A stretch of DNA of 64,000 bases from Sedimentisphaerales bacterium (GTDB taxonomy: Bacteria > Planctomycetota > Phycisphaerae > Sedimentisphaerales > Anaerobacaceae), in the NCBI GenBank assembly GCA_963708075.1, contig OY970194.1, forward strand, positions 3,328,001 through 3,392,000, given 5' to 3'. Made by a program: the position numbers and the translations under genes. The notes under the pieces were generated by a model. It saw nothing but the letters and a program-made list of their open reading frames with translations. It was not told the origin of the DNA and did not search any database. This document shows positions 40,993 to 50,927 of the stretch, one piece after another. Numbering within the stretch: the first letter of the stretch is position 1; each line of letters opens with the position of its first letter.

Positions 40993-41474
40993 TGGATCAC
41001 CTCCTGATGACTGGCGCCCACAAGGGCGCACACCTTTTCGAGATTCACATTATCTATTTCATCAAAGGCCCGAAGCCGGTCGGAATCTACGTCCAGCACG
41101 GCGATGAGGGCCCCGCTGGGCGCGATCACGGGCACGACGATTTCAGATCGCGTCGAGCCGGAGCAGGCAATGTAGCCGGGGAACTGACGGACATCAGGGA
41201 CAAGCTGCGTCGTTCGCGTCCTCGCGGCCGCCCCGCATACGCCCCTGTCGAACGGGATCTGCAGACAGCCATGCGTGCCTTGATACGGCCCGATCTTGAG
41301 CAGGCCCGGTGACACAACCCGATAGAATCCCGTCCAGTCGAAGTAGTCGAAGCTCTGGTGAAGCTCGCACGCGACCGTCGCCATGACTGTAATTGGATCA
41401 TCTTCGCCCGCGATCAGCTCGCTTATCCGCTGCAGCGTCCGATCGTACAATTCCTGCTTGCTGTCGGTGATCAT
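40989..41474 (-). CDS. msrC: GAF-domain free methionine-R-sulfoxide reductase-like protein
   Basis: WTGFY, GPYQG..GC..IPFDRGVCG, PGYIAC...SEIVVP, VLDVDS. Confidence 0.8.
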   Translation of the reverse strand: MITDSKQELYDRTLQRISELIAGEDDPITVMATVACELHQSFDYFDWTGFYRVVSPGLLKIGPYQGTHGCLQIPFDRGVCGAAARTRTTQLVPDVRQFPGYIACSGSTRSEIVVPVIAPSGALIAVLDVDSDRLRAFDEIDNVNLEKVCALVGASHQEVIQ

Positions 41475-41490
41475 CTCCGGCCCCGCCTCA

Positions 41491-43464
41491 TCATTTTGAC
41501 GACTGCTTGGCCTCGTGCTCCAGATCAGCGTACTTCTTCGCCAACTCGGCGACGGCATCATCGCTCTTGTCCACGTACAGCTCAAGCCAGCAACCCTCAA
41601 CGCCTGCCTTGGCGACCCGTAACCCCGCCGCGAGACGGCCGCGGTGATCCCCGCCGGCAGAGTCGCCGGCAATCAAGGCCGCCATCAGCCGATCCGCCAG
41701 ACTGCCTTTCGTAGTCTCGTACGCCTTCGCCATGGCAAGGATGACCTCCTGGCCGGCGAGCGTATTTCCCTGGCAGGCGTAGTATCGTCCCGAGGCGGCG
41801 CCCCACCATGTGCCGGAAGCGTCGGCGTTTGCCGGGTTGCGGTTGGCGGCCCGGCCGGACATGTCGATGATGGCCAGTTGGCGTTTGTCACGCTGGGGAT
41901 CGTCGCGAAGCAACTCCGCCAGGACCTGCTCCGGCAACTCACCCTTGGCCAGAAGGTCCAGGGCGTGCTCGCCCCACGGGGGGTTGTGCCAGTGCTGCGT
42001 GCAGAACGCCCCGACGCCGGCACGGACATACGGAACGACCTTGCCCACAGCCGGGTACTTACTGGCCACAGCGGCGCCGCAAACGCCGGTGTTCGGATCG
42101 ACCGCCACAATCGAGAACGTGCCGGATACCTCGGCGGGTTTGTCCGCGACGTTCTGGCCGATCTGCACGTTGCCCTGGGACTGATTGTCTATCCGCTGCG
42201 TGCCGGTGAAGATGTTCTCGGCAATTATGGCCCGGCTCACATCCTTTCCCAACTGGATTTGAGGCCGGTCCTGCCGGAACTCGCATCCGCGAATGAGAAT
42301 CGTGCCGGACTGGGCCTGGATGGCTGGGCGATTGCCCTCCTTGCCGCCCCATTGAGTGAACGTGCAATCCGAGAATCCGACCGTTCCGGCACCGGCGATG
42401 CGGGCGATCTGGTTGCACGGGCCCCAATAGGCGCAGTTGACGAAGCGCACGCTGCCCTTGTTCGTCTGCGCGACATCGATCATCGTCGGGTCCGGCCCGT
42501 GGAAGGACACGAACTCGCCGTTGGTGATCAGCAGCCCGAACGGCGCGGAATCCTCCACGACCAGGGCCGTGTGGCAGTCATCAGCCCCAATGCCGAGGAA
42601 GTTGCCGTTGCATACGCCGCGATTGCTCTTCACGAACTTGTAGCCGATTTTGTAGCCGAAGCAGAATGTGTTGAACACGTACTGCCAGTCCGAGCGAGCG
42701 AAGATAAACGCCTCGCCGTTGTTCATTTGCCACTGGAACAGCTTGGGCCGATTGCTCCACCACGGATTGAAATGAACGTTTTCAATCCTCCCGATGTCGT
42801 AGATGTCATCCACGAGGATTCCCCGCCGCAGCGGCTGCCCCTGGACGTCGCGGATCAGGTGGCGCTCGTTATGCATGGCGTCGATGCCATTGTAGGGGTT
42901 GAGCATCTCGATGGCGAGCACGGCCGGATTCTTGCCCCGCATGGCGATGGCCCAGGGATACGGTTTGGGCTCCTCGTCTACATTCTGCTCCGGGTAGTAC
43001 AGGACGACCCCTTTGAGCGTGCTGTCCGTGTTCAGGGTGACAAAAGCCGGCCCATCCTCCGTGCCCGCGCCTTCCGTCACCAGGAACGTCGTGCCATCGT
43101 CGGTGGGCTTGGGCAGTCCCCGGTCGCGGATGCCGTTGTGGGCGGGTACGGATTGCCAGACGCCGGCCAGCGTGACAGCGTTAGGCACGTTCAAATGGCC
43201 TGCGAAGAAATAGTTGCCGCGAGGGGCATAGACGACCCCGCCACCGGCTTTCCTGGCAGCATCCAGCGCCTTTTGAAATGCCGCGGTATCATCCGTCTTT
43301 CCATCCCCGGCAGCGCCGAACCGCCGCACATCGTACTGGTCCGAGACAGGCGTTTGTGCGGCATCCTCCGCACAGACTCGCGTTACCCACAACGACAGGC
43401 CGAGGACAACAACCGCAGCCCCACTCAGGACCCACATCCAAGATTTGTCACGCATTCGATTCAC
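41491..43464 (-). CDS. Secreted pectate-lyase-3/GH28-like beta-helix protein fused to a DUF1028 (Ntn-hydrolase-like) domain
   Basis: DVRRFGAAGDGKTDDTAAFQKALD...VYAPRGNY; C-terminal TFSIVAVD..GAAVAS..AVG...CQGNTLAG..AGGDHRG. Confidence 0.8.
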   Translation of the reverse strand: MNRMRDKSWMWVLSGAAVVVLGLSLWVTRVCAEDAAQTPVSDQYDVRRFGAAGDGKTDDTAAFQKALDAARKAGGGVVYAPRGNYFFAGHLNVPNAVTLAGVWQSVPAHNGIRDRGLPKPTDDGTTFLVTEGAGTEDGPAFVTLNTDSTLKGVVLYYPEQNVDEEPKPYPWAIAMRGKNPAVLAIEMLNPYNGIDAMHNERHLIRDVQGQPLRRGILVDDIYDIGRIENVHFNPWWSNRPKLFQWQMNNGEAFIFARSDWQYVFNTFCFGYKIGYKFVKSNRGVCNGNFLGIGADDCHTALVVEDSAPFGLLITNGEFVSFHGPDPTMIDVAQTNKGSVRFVNCAYWGPCNQIARIAGAGTVGFSDCTFTQWGGKEGNRPAIQAQSGTILIRGCEFRQDRPQIQLGKDVSRAIIAENIFTGTQRIDNQSQGNVQIGQNVADKPAEVSGTFSIVAVDPNTGVCGAAVASKYPAVGKVVPYVRAGVGAFCTQHWHNPPWGEHALDLLAKGELPEQVLAELLRDDPQRDKRQLAIIDMSGRAANRNPANADASGTWWGAASGRYYACQGNTLAGQEVILAMAKAYETTKGSLADRLMAALIAGDSAGGDHRGRLAAGLRVAKAGVEGCWLELYVDKSDDAVAELAKKYADLEHEAKQSSK

Positions 43465-43609
43465 TCCTTACAGTCAAAACTCTTGGCGGCCTATGGTACC
43501 AGATCGACGATCCGTTTTCATCTATCTACCTCGTTTTCAGGCGGGTACAATCTCGACAGCCGCCCAGTGACGTTGCGGGTGTGCACAAACGAAAAAGGAG
43601 GTCACGACA

Positions 43610-46600
43610 ATGGCTCACAGTCGCACGATCCTTTGTGTGTTGAGCATGGTCCTTTTGAGTTCAGCCACAACCATCGGGCAACCGAAGTTCGATTCCGCCC
43701 AGCCCGTCTGGCCGGCGGGCCGGGAGACGGAGATGAATCTCTTCGTGGGGTTCCGGGCCGTCTTTGAGTGCCCGAAGGAGCAGAATGCGGTCCTTCGCGT
43801 CGCGGCTTCGTCGCTCTACCGCGTCTACCTCAACGGTCGCTTTGTAGGTCACGGTCCCGCACGCGGGCCTCACGGCTTCTTCCGCGTCGATGAATGGCCC
43901 CTCCAGACAGGCGAGCGAAACACGCTGGCTATCGAGATCGTCGGCTACAACGTCAACAGCTACTACCTGCTGGACCAGCCTGCCTTCCTGCAGGCGGAGG
44001 TGGTGTCCAACGGGACGGTCCTGGTTTCCACAGCGGGCAAGGGTGTCAATTTCGATGCGACAATCCTGAAGCACCGCGTGCAGAAAGTGCAGCGATACAG
44101 CTTTCAGCGTCCCTTCATCGAATACTATCGGATGAGCGAGGGTGACGATCGCTGGTGGGATAAACCGTTGGAGGAGTCCGCCAAGGTATCCTGCTCCACG
44201 CTGCCGCCCCGACAGCTACTCGTCCGACGCGTTGCGTACCCTCACTTCGACCGACGCCGGCCCACCGGCCTTGGCTTCCCACGCCGACTCCAGCAGGACG
44301 TGGCCGTGGCCAAACCGTGGAAGGATCGGTCCCTCGTCAATATCGGCCCGCAGTTGAAAGGCTACCGAGAGAGCGAGCTCGAAGTCATCCCCTCCATTGA
44401 GCTGCAGAAGATTCGCTCCAGCCCCGCGAAGCTCGTGGGCGACGTACCTCCCAGGAACATCGTCCTTACCGAGAACGCATTTTGCATCGTCGATCTGGGA
44501 ACGAATCTCACCGGGTTCATCGAGGCCAGCGTTCGGTGCACCAAGCCGACGAAGCTCTACCTTACGTTCGACGAGATCCTCACCGACGGCGATGTCGATT
44601 TCAAGCGGCTTGGGTGTGTCAACGCCGTCGGCTATGAGCTGCAGCCCGGCACGTATCACCTGGAGTCGTTCGAACCTTACACGCTGCGATATCTCGAGGT
44701 GAATGTGCTACAGGGCGATTGCGAAGTGATCGATCTCCATCTGCGGGAATACGCGAATGATGAGAACCGCAACGGCGACATTCCTCTGTAGCGACCCAGC
44801 ACTGAACCGGATCTTCGAGGCTGCGAGGCAGACATTCCGGCAAAATGCCGTCGATATCTTCATGGATTGTCCCTCGCGCGAGCGGGCGGGCTGGCTGTGT
44901 GACAGTTTCTTCACCTCCCGCGTGGCGTTCGACCTCTGCGGCAACACGACCATTGAGAAGAACTTCTTCGAGAACTACCTCCTGCCGCCGAGCTTCGCCC
45001 ACCTGCCGGAAGGGATGCTGCCCATGTGCTACCCGGCCGATCACAATGACGGCGTGTACATCCCGAACTGGGCCCTGTGGTTCGTGATCGAGCTGGAGGA
45101 GTACTTGGCCCGCAGCGGTGATCGCGAGATGGTCGCGGCCCTGAGGCCCCGGCTTGAAGCCCTCTACCGGTACTTCCAGAAGTACAAGAACGGGGACGGG
45201 CTGCTGGAGAAACTCGATAGCTGGGTCTTCATCGAGTGGTCGAAGGCGAATGATTTCGTGCGGGACGTAAGCTATCCGACAAATATGTTGTATGCGGCCG
45301 CGTTAGCCGCGGCGGGAAGAATGTACGGCGAATCAAGCCTGATCGACGAAGCGGAGCAGGTACGCGCAACGATCCGCAAACAGTCATTTGACGGCGAGTT
45401 CTTTGTCGATAACGCCGTGAGAAAAGACGGCAAGCTGCAGGTCACGCGCAACCGCTCCGAGGTCTGTCAGTATTTCGCCTTCTTCTTCGATGTCGCCACG
45501 CCACAAACGCACAAGGAACTCTGGGAGAAGCTGGTTCATCAATTTGGCCCGGACCGCAAGAAGACCAATGCGTTTCCCGAGGTCCATCCTGCCAACGCTT
45601 TCGTCGGCAATTACCTGAGACTGGAGCTGCTCAGCCGCTACGGCTATCCGACCCAGATCAAAAAGGAGCTTGCCGATTACTACCTCTACATGGCCGACCA
45701 GACCGGCACACTCTGGGAGAACATCGGGGCTTATGCGAGTTGCGATCACGGCTTTGCCTCCCATGTGGCCCACAGCTTCTATCGTGACATTCTCGGCGTG
45801 CGACAGGTAGATACGCAGAACAAAGTCGTCCACCTGAAGATCACCGACGTGGGCTTGGACTGGGCTGGAGGGGCGATCGTAACCCCCGACGGCCTCGTCG
45901 ACGTTAAGTGGCAGAAGGAGAACGGCAAGATCACGCGCCAGGTGAATGTGCCGACAGGATACACGGTTCTCGACGACAGTCGTGCAATGAGATACACATC
46001 CCGCCCGGCCGAACAGGCCAAAGCATGGCAAAGTGATGTCCGGGCGAAGCTCTCGGCATTGCTCAAGATCGATGATCTTCGCCAGAACAAGAACAATGTC
46101 CCACTGACGCCGAAGAAACTCTCTTCCGTCAACAAGGACAGCTACACCGTGGAGGAAATCGAAATCAACTCGACGACCAACCGGCGCATTCGAATCATCG
46201 TCACATTGCCCACGAAACAGGATAAGCCCGTTCCTGCCGTCGTTTGCATCGGCGGGCACGGCAGCGACCTGTACAGCCCGTATGACGAGCAGACCGTCTC
46301 CAAAGACGCCGCGAAAGCTCAGGCAGAACGCATCTATCGGGGGTTCGGCACTGCTCTGGCGAACAAGGGTTATGTGACGATCTCCACGACGGTCAGCCAG
46401 CACGAGGTCTATGAGAAAGACCGACTGCTCATGGGCGAGCGGCTATGGGACCTCATGCGGTGCGTCGATTACCTGGAGTCGCTGGCGTGCGTCGATCGTT
46501 CACGAATCGGCTGTGCCGGGCTGTCCCTGGGCGGCGAAATGGCCATGTGGCTGGGCGCCATGGACGAGCGGATCGTCGCCACCGTCAGCGCGGGATTCCT

Positions 46601-47786
46601 CACGACCATGGACCACATGGAGCAGAACCACTGCATGTGCTGGAAATTCGACGGGCTGCGTGAGCTGGTGGATTACGCCGACGTCTATTCGCTGACCGCA
46701 CCCCGGCCCCTGCAATGCCAAAACGGCCTGAAGGAGCCTGTCAGCCAGTTCTACGTCCCGCTGGCCCGCGAGGCGATGGAGGAGGTCGGAATGATCTACA
46801 AGGACATGGGAAAGCCCGAGAACGTCGTTCTCGATGTGCACGAGGAGGGGCACGTGATCAACCTGCCGGCACTAACGTCCTTCTTCTCGCAACACCTTGA
46901 GGCCGCGAAGAAGAAGATCGTCTTCCTGCCCGGGCGGCAAAGCCACGGCTGGAGCGGCCACGCCTACACCGCCGACTGCAAACTGCTCGCTCAGATCCTC
47001 AACGAGAATGTGCCGGCCGTCGAAGCTGTGGTGCTCGAGGGCGGCTGGCCCAGGGATCTCATAGGGGCGGGTTTCAAACCCGCCCGTACAGACGGTGTCG
47101 CTGCCATCGTGATCGCCTGCGACGGCAATGGCCTGCTCGGCCCCGAATCCAACTGGCAGGCCCTTGACGATCTCGCGAAAGAGGGCGTGGGAATCGCCTT
47201 TCTGCATTATGCCCTGGACCCCGGCAAAGAGTACGGCAAGTACCTGCTCGACTGGATCGGCGGTTACTACGAGCAGTTCTGGTCGATCAATCCTTCATGG
47301 CTTGCCGAGTTCGAGTCGCTGCCCCAGCACCCGATCACGCGAGGCGTCCAGCCGTTCAAGGTCGAGGATGAGTGGTACTATCACATGCGTTTCCGGGACA
47401 ACATGAAGGGCGTGACGCCGATCCTGACGGCCGTACCGCCCGACGACACGCGCAAGGGCCCGGACGGTCCCCACAGCGGCAATCCCACGGTCCGCGCCCG
47501 CCTGGGCATGGGCGAGCACGTCGCCTGGGCGTACGAGCGCCCCGACAGCAGCCGGGGCTTCGGCTGCACCGGCGGCCACACCCACTGGGTGTACGCGAAC
47601 AACAATTTCCGCAAGCTGATGCTCAACGCTATGTGCTGGATTGCCAAGGTCGAGGTCCCTTCTGAGGGCGTTCCCACCAGGACGCCCACCGTCGAGCAGA
47701 TGGAGGCCGATCTCGAAGGCGACCGCCCGCAGGACTGGACCCCCGAGCGGACTCGGCAAATCATTGAGGAATTGAATCGGAAATAG
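43610..47786 (+). CDS. GH78-like alpha-L-rhamnosidase + alpha/beta hydrolase + ThuA-like fusion; frameshift at 44762-44768
   Basis: YRVYLNGRFVGHGPAR; MDCPSRERAGWLCD; GTLWE..SCDHG; GLSLGG nucleophile elbow; HPITRGV..DEWYY..TGGHTHW; removing one A from GAGAACC joins the two ORFs. Confidence 0.82.
47061..47089. repeat. REP palindrome inside a CDS
   Basis: ATAG-GGGCGGGTTT-C-AAACCCGCCC-GTAC, read in frame as IGAGFKPART. Confidence 0.7.
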
Positions 47787-47875
47787 ATGCGGACCAGGAT
47801 GTATAATGAAGGCATATCGCTGCAGAACATGCGGCGATAAAGTCGCGCGTCTCAGTTGGAGACTGTGAGCTATCC

Positions 47876-49159
47876 ATGTGGAAGGCGCTGCACAACTTCA
47901 TTCGCAACCAGAATGGGCCTGACGACTCGCTGATCGAGTTTGAAGACGGCCTGCTGCTCATCGTGGACGCCGAGCAGCTCACGAACAACCTGCGCAGCAA
48001 GCTGCGGCGGTCCATCGGGGCACAAGACGCTATCGTCTACCTGGCCGATATCGGCGAGACATCCAGGGGATTCATTCCGGTTGATTCTGCAGAGACGCAG
48101 AATCCTGCGTCTCCACAACCATGCACGCCGCTGCCGGATATCCCGGCAAACAGCAAAATGGCGGACTGGTTCCGGGCGAATCGCGAAATCCTGCCGCTCG
48201 ATAACAACAATGCGGTAACGGAGTACCTTCGTGACGAGCTCGACCCGTTCGTCAGTCGCGGCATGGAGCTGGTCCTGCCGTTGATCTCCATGGAGCGGCT
48301 GATCGGCCTGGTCTTTTTGTCCCTCGGACAGGCGGCCCTGAGCAAGACACAACTGATGAACCTGCAGTTGCTGAGCAAGCAGGCGGGCCTGGCGTTCGAG
48401 AACGCCCTGCTCTTCAAGGAGCGGCTGCGGCAGAACGAGCGAATGTATCGTGCGGAGCAACTGGCTACGATGGGCCAATTCGCTGCGGGCATCGCGCACG
48501 AGTTGCGTAACCCATTGACCGCGATCCGCAGCACGATCCAGTTCCTCGCCAGCGAGTTCGCGGATGGGTCCGAGCAGCAGAAGCTCTCCGAGATCACGCT
48601 GGAGGAGGTGGATCGGGTGAACGGCATTGTGGGGAATCTCCTGTCGCTGGCACAGCCGGCGGAGAGCAAACCCGTGCCGCTCGATCCGGCCAGGGAGATC
48701 GAGAAGTGCGTCGCTTTCGTCGAAGCGAGGGCCCGAAGTCAGAACGTCGAGCTTCACGTGGCCTGCGAGGACCCCCTGCCCACAATAGCCATCGATCCGG
48801 TGGAGCTGCGGCAAGTGCTGCTGAACATCCTCGTGAACGGCCTGCAGGCGATGCCCGAGGGAGGAACGCTGCGGATCCGAGTGCATCGTTCCCCCGCCGG
48901 AGTCCGGGGCCCGGAGTCCGGAGGCGTCCACAGGGTCCCGGGTGATGGGATATGGATCGAGATTGCGGACCAGGGGCCGGGGATCCCCCGCGAGCTGCGG
49001 GACAAAGCTTTCGAGCCGTTCTTCACCACCAAGGCCGGAGGTACGGGCCTGGGACTGGCCATCTGCAGGAGCATCGTGCGACGCTACGACGGCGAGATAT
49101 GGATTGAAGAGGCCGACGGGGGCGGAACCTGCGTGAAAGTCGCTCTCAGCGCGGAATGA
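47876..49159 (+). CDS. Soluble sensor histidine kinase with GAF-like input domain
   Basis: H box IAHELRNPLTAI; N box QVLLNILVNG; DQGPGI, FEPFFTTK, GTGLGL; no TM segment. Confidence 0.93.
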   Translation: MWKALHNFIRNQNGPDDSLIEFEDGLLLIVDAEQLTNNLRSKLRRSIGAQDAIVYLADIGETSRGFIPVDSAETQNPASPQPCTPLPDIPANSKMADWFRANREILPLDNNNAVTEYLRDELDPFVSRGMELVLPLISMERLIGLVFLSLGQAALSKTQLMNLQLLSKQAGLAFENALLFKERLRQNERMYRAEQLATMGQFAAGIAHELRNPLTAIRSTIQFLASEFADGSEQQKLSEITLEEVDRVNGIVGNLLSLAQPAESKPVPLDPAREIEKCVAFVEARARSQNVELHVACEDPLPTIAIDPVELRQVLLNILVNGLQAMPEGGTLRIRVHRSPAGVRGPESGGVHRVPGDGIWIEIADQGPGIPRELRDKAFEPFFTTKAGGTGLGLAICRSIVRRYDGEIWIEEADGGGTCVKVALSAE

Positions 49160-49182
49160 GCTTTTCCCGAGGGACGTGCAGC

Positions 49183-50565
49183 ATGAGAAAATCGAGAGTC
49201 CTCATTGTTGATGACGAAGCCAGCATCCGATCCATTCTCTCAGTACTGCTGACAAAGCACGGCTACGAGATCCAGGTCTGCCCATCGGGAGAATCGTGCC
49301 TGGAAATCTATCCGAGGTTCCTGCCGGAGGCGGTGCTGCTCGATTTGCGGATGCCCGGCATCGACGGGCTGAAGGTCATGGAGGAGCTGGCCGGGCAATT
49401 TGGCGCGGACTGCAAGACCATCATCATGACCGCGCATGGGGAGGTCCGCTCCGCCGTCGAGGCCATGAAACGAGGGGCGTTCGACTACCTGGAAAAGCCG
49501 TTCGACAACGACGAGCTGCTGGCGCTCATCGCACGGGCGGTGGAGATGGTGACCTTGTCGCGACGCGTCAGGCAACTGGAGAACCAGCTCGAGGAAACCT
49601 ACGCATTCGACAACATCATCGGTACCTCGGACCGGATGAAGTCCACGTTCGCGCTGATGCGCCGATTCGCCGCCACGGACGGCACGGTCCTGGTGTGCGG
49701 CGAGAGCGGGACCGGCAAGGAGCTGATCGTGCGAGCCATTCACCAGGCGGGCCGGCGCAAATCCGGGCCGTTCATCGTGGTCAACTGCGGCGCCATCCCC
49801 TCCAGTCTGATCGAGAGTGAGTTCTTCGGCCACGAGGCGGGGTCATTCACAGGCGCCACGAAGCTGCGCAGGGGCAAGTTCGAGGAGGCCGACGGCGGCA
49901 CACTGTTTCTCGATGAGGTCGGCGAGCTGACCCTCGACGCCCAGGTCAAGCTGTTGCGGGTGATCGAGGCAGGGACTTTCTGTCGGATTGGCGGCAACGA
50001 GCCGATCCAGGTGGACGTTCGTGTGATGGCCGCGACGAACCGCGACTTGGCGGCGGCAGTCAAGGAAGGAAGATTCCGGGAGGACCTCTTCTGGCGTCTG
50101 CAGGTCCTCAGTCTCACGGTCTGCCCGCTGCGTGAGCGTCGCGAGGACATTCCACTGCTTGTGGACCACTTCGTAGGCAAGTTCGCCGGCTCGTTCGCCG
50201 TACAGCCGCCCGGGGTCCCGTCACAGACGATGGGTCTGCTGACCCGCTACGAGTGGCCCGGGAATGTTCGCGAGCTTCAGAACTGCATCTACAGCGCAAT
50301 GACGGTATCCGAGGGGTCGAGCATCGAGCCGAACGCTCTGCCGGAGCGGATCCACAAAGGCACGGCAGGAGCCGCCCCTGGGCAAGCCCCATCCGGAGAC
50401 ACCTGCCTGGCGCAAGTCGTCACTCATGCCACCGAGAAGGCGGAGAAAGAAGCCATTCAAGAGGCGATTGCCAAGACGGGCGGCAACCGGGAGAAGGCCG
50501 CCGAGTCTCTCGGCATCGGCCGCACGACCCTGTACCGCAAGCTCAAGCAGTATGGCATCGAGTAG
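49183..50565 (+). CDS. Sigma54-dependent response regulator (NtrC family; start 49156 or 49183)
   Basis: REC domain LIVDDE/LLDLRMPG; GESGTGKE, GSFTG, LFLDEV, WPGNVREL; Fis-type HTH. Confidence 0.95.
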   Translation: MRKSRVLIVDDEASIRSILSVLLTKHGYEIQVCPSGESCLEIYPRFLPEAVLLDLRMPGIDGLKVMEELAGQFGADCKTIIMTAHGEVRSAVEAMKRGAFDYLEKPFDNDELLALIARAVEMVTLSRRVRQLENQLEETYAFDNIIGTSDRMKSTFALMRRFAATDGTVLVCGESGTGKELIVRAIHQAGRRKSGPFIVVNCGAIPSSLIESEFFGHEAGSFTGATKLRRGKFEEADGGTLFLDEVGELTLDAQVKLLRVIEAGTFCRIGGNEPIQVDVRVMAATNRDLAAAVKEGRFREDLFWRLQVLSLTVCPLRERREDIPLLVDHFVGKFAGSFAVQPPGVPSQTMGLLTRYEWPGNVRELQNCIYSAMTVSEGSSIEPNALPERIHKGTAGAAPGQAPSGDTCLAQVVTHATEKAEKEAIQEAIAKTGGNREKAAESLGIGRTTLYRKLKQYGIE

Positions 50566-50731
50566 TGCCAGGGTACCCGTGGGAGGTTCGCACCATCTAA
50601 CACATGTAGCATCGGCGAGCTTCGCCTTCTTCCGCTTGTCGCTGCCACCCCCATCGCTCTTCATCTGGAAAGGCCAAGGCGAGGCTGCCAGAGGGCTGCC
50701 ATTTTATTTGCGCAGAGACATGCGAAACCGC

Positions 50732-50769
50732 CGTTTCATTCGTGGTACATGTGTGCCGGTTGCGGCACA
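50732..50769. promoter_or_regulatory. Tandem upstream activator sites for a sigma54 activator
   Basis: CGTTTCA-N4-TGGTACA and perfect palindrome TGTGCCG-N4-CGGCACA, 20 bp apart, about 100 bp upstream of the -24 box. Confidence 0.6.
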
Positions 50770-50865
50770 GAAGAGAACGGCCGGAACAGACACCTGCTTG
50801 ACGGTACGCATCATAACTTCTTTCGAGAGATGGTTTTAGGAGATTTGTGGCACAGAGGTCCAGTC

Positions 50866-50881
50866 TGGCACTCGCTTTGCT
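50866..50881 (+). promoter_or_regulatory. Sigma54 -24/-12 promoter
   Basis: TGGCAC-TCGCT-TTGCT, a full consensus match, 46 nt before the TolC-like ATG. Confidence 0.85.
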
Positions 50882-50927
50882 CATCAGGGGCAACGAGATA
50901 CAGTGATTCAGTTTTCGAGCGGCCAGT

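Noticed and set aside
44266..44290. Possible compensated garbling of a GGTCTC site (GLGFPRRL versus GLVSHGRL)
   Set aside because: The frame is preserved and it cannot be tested without reads or orthologues.
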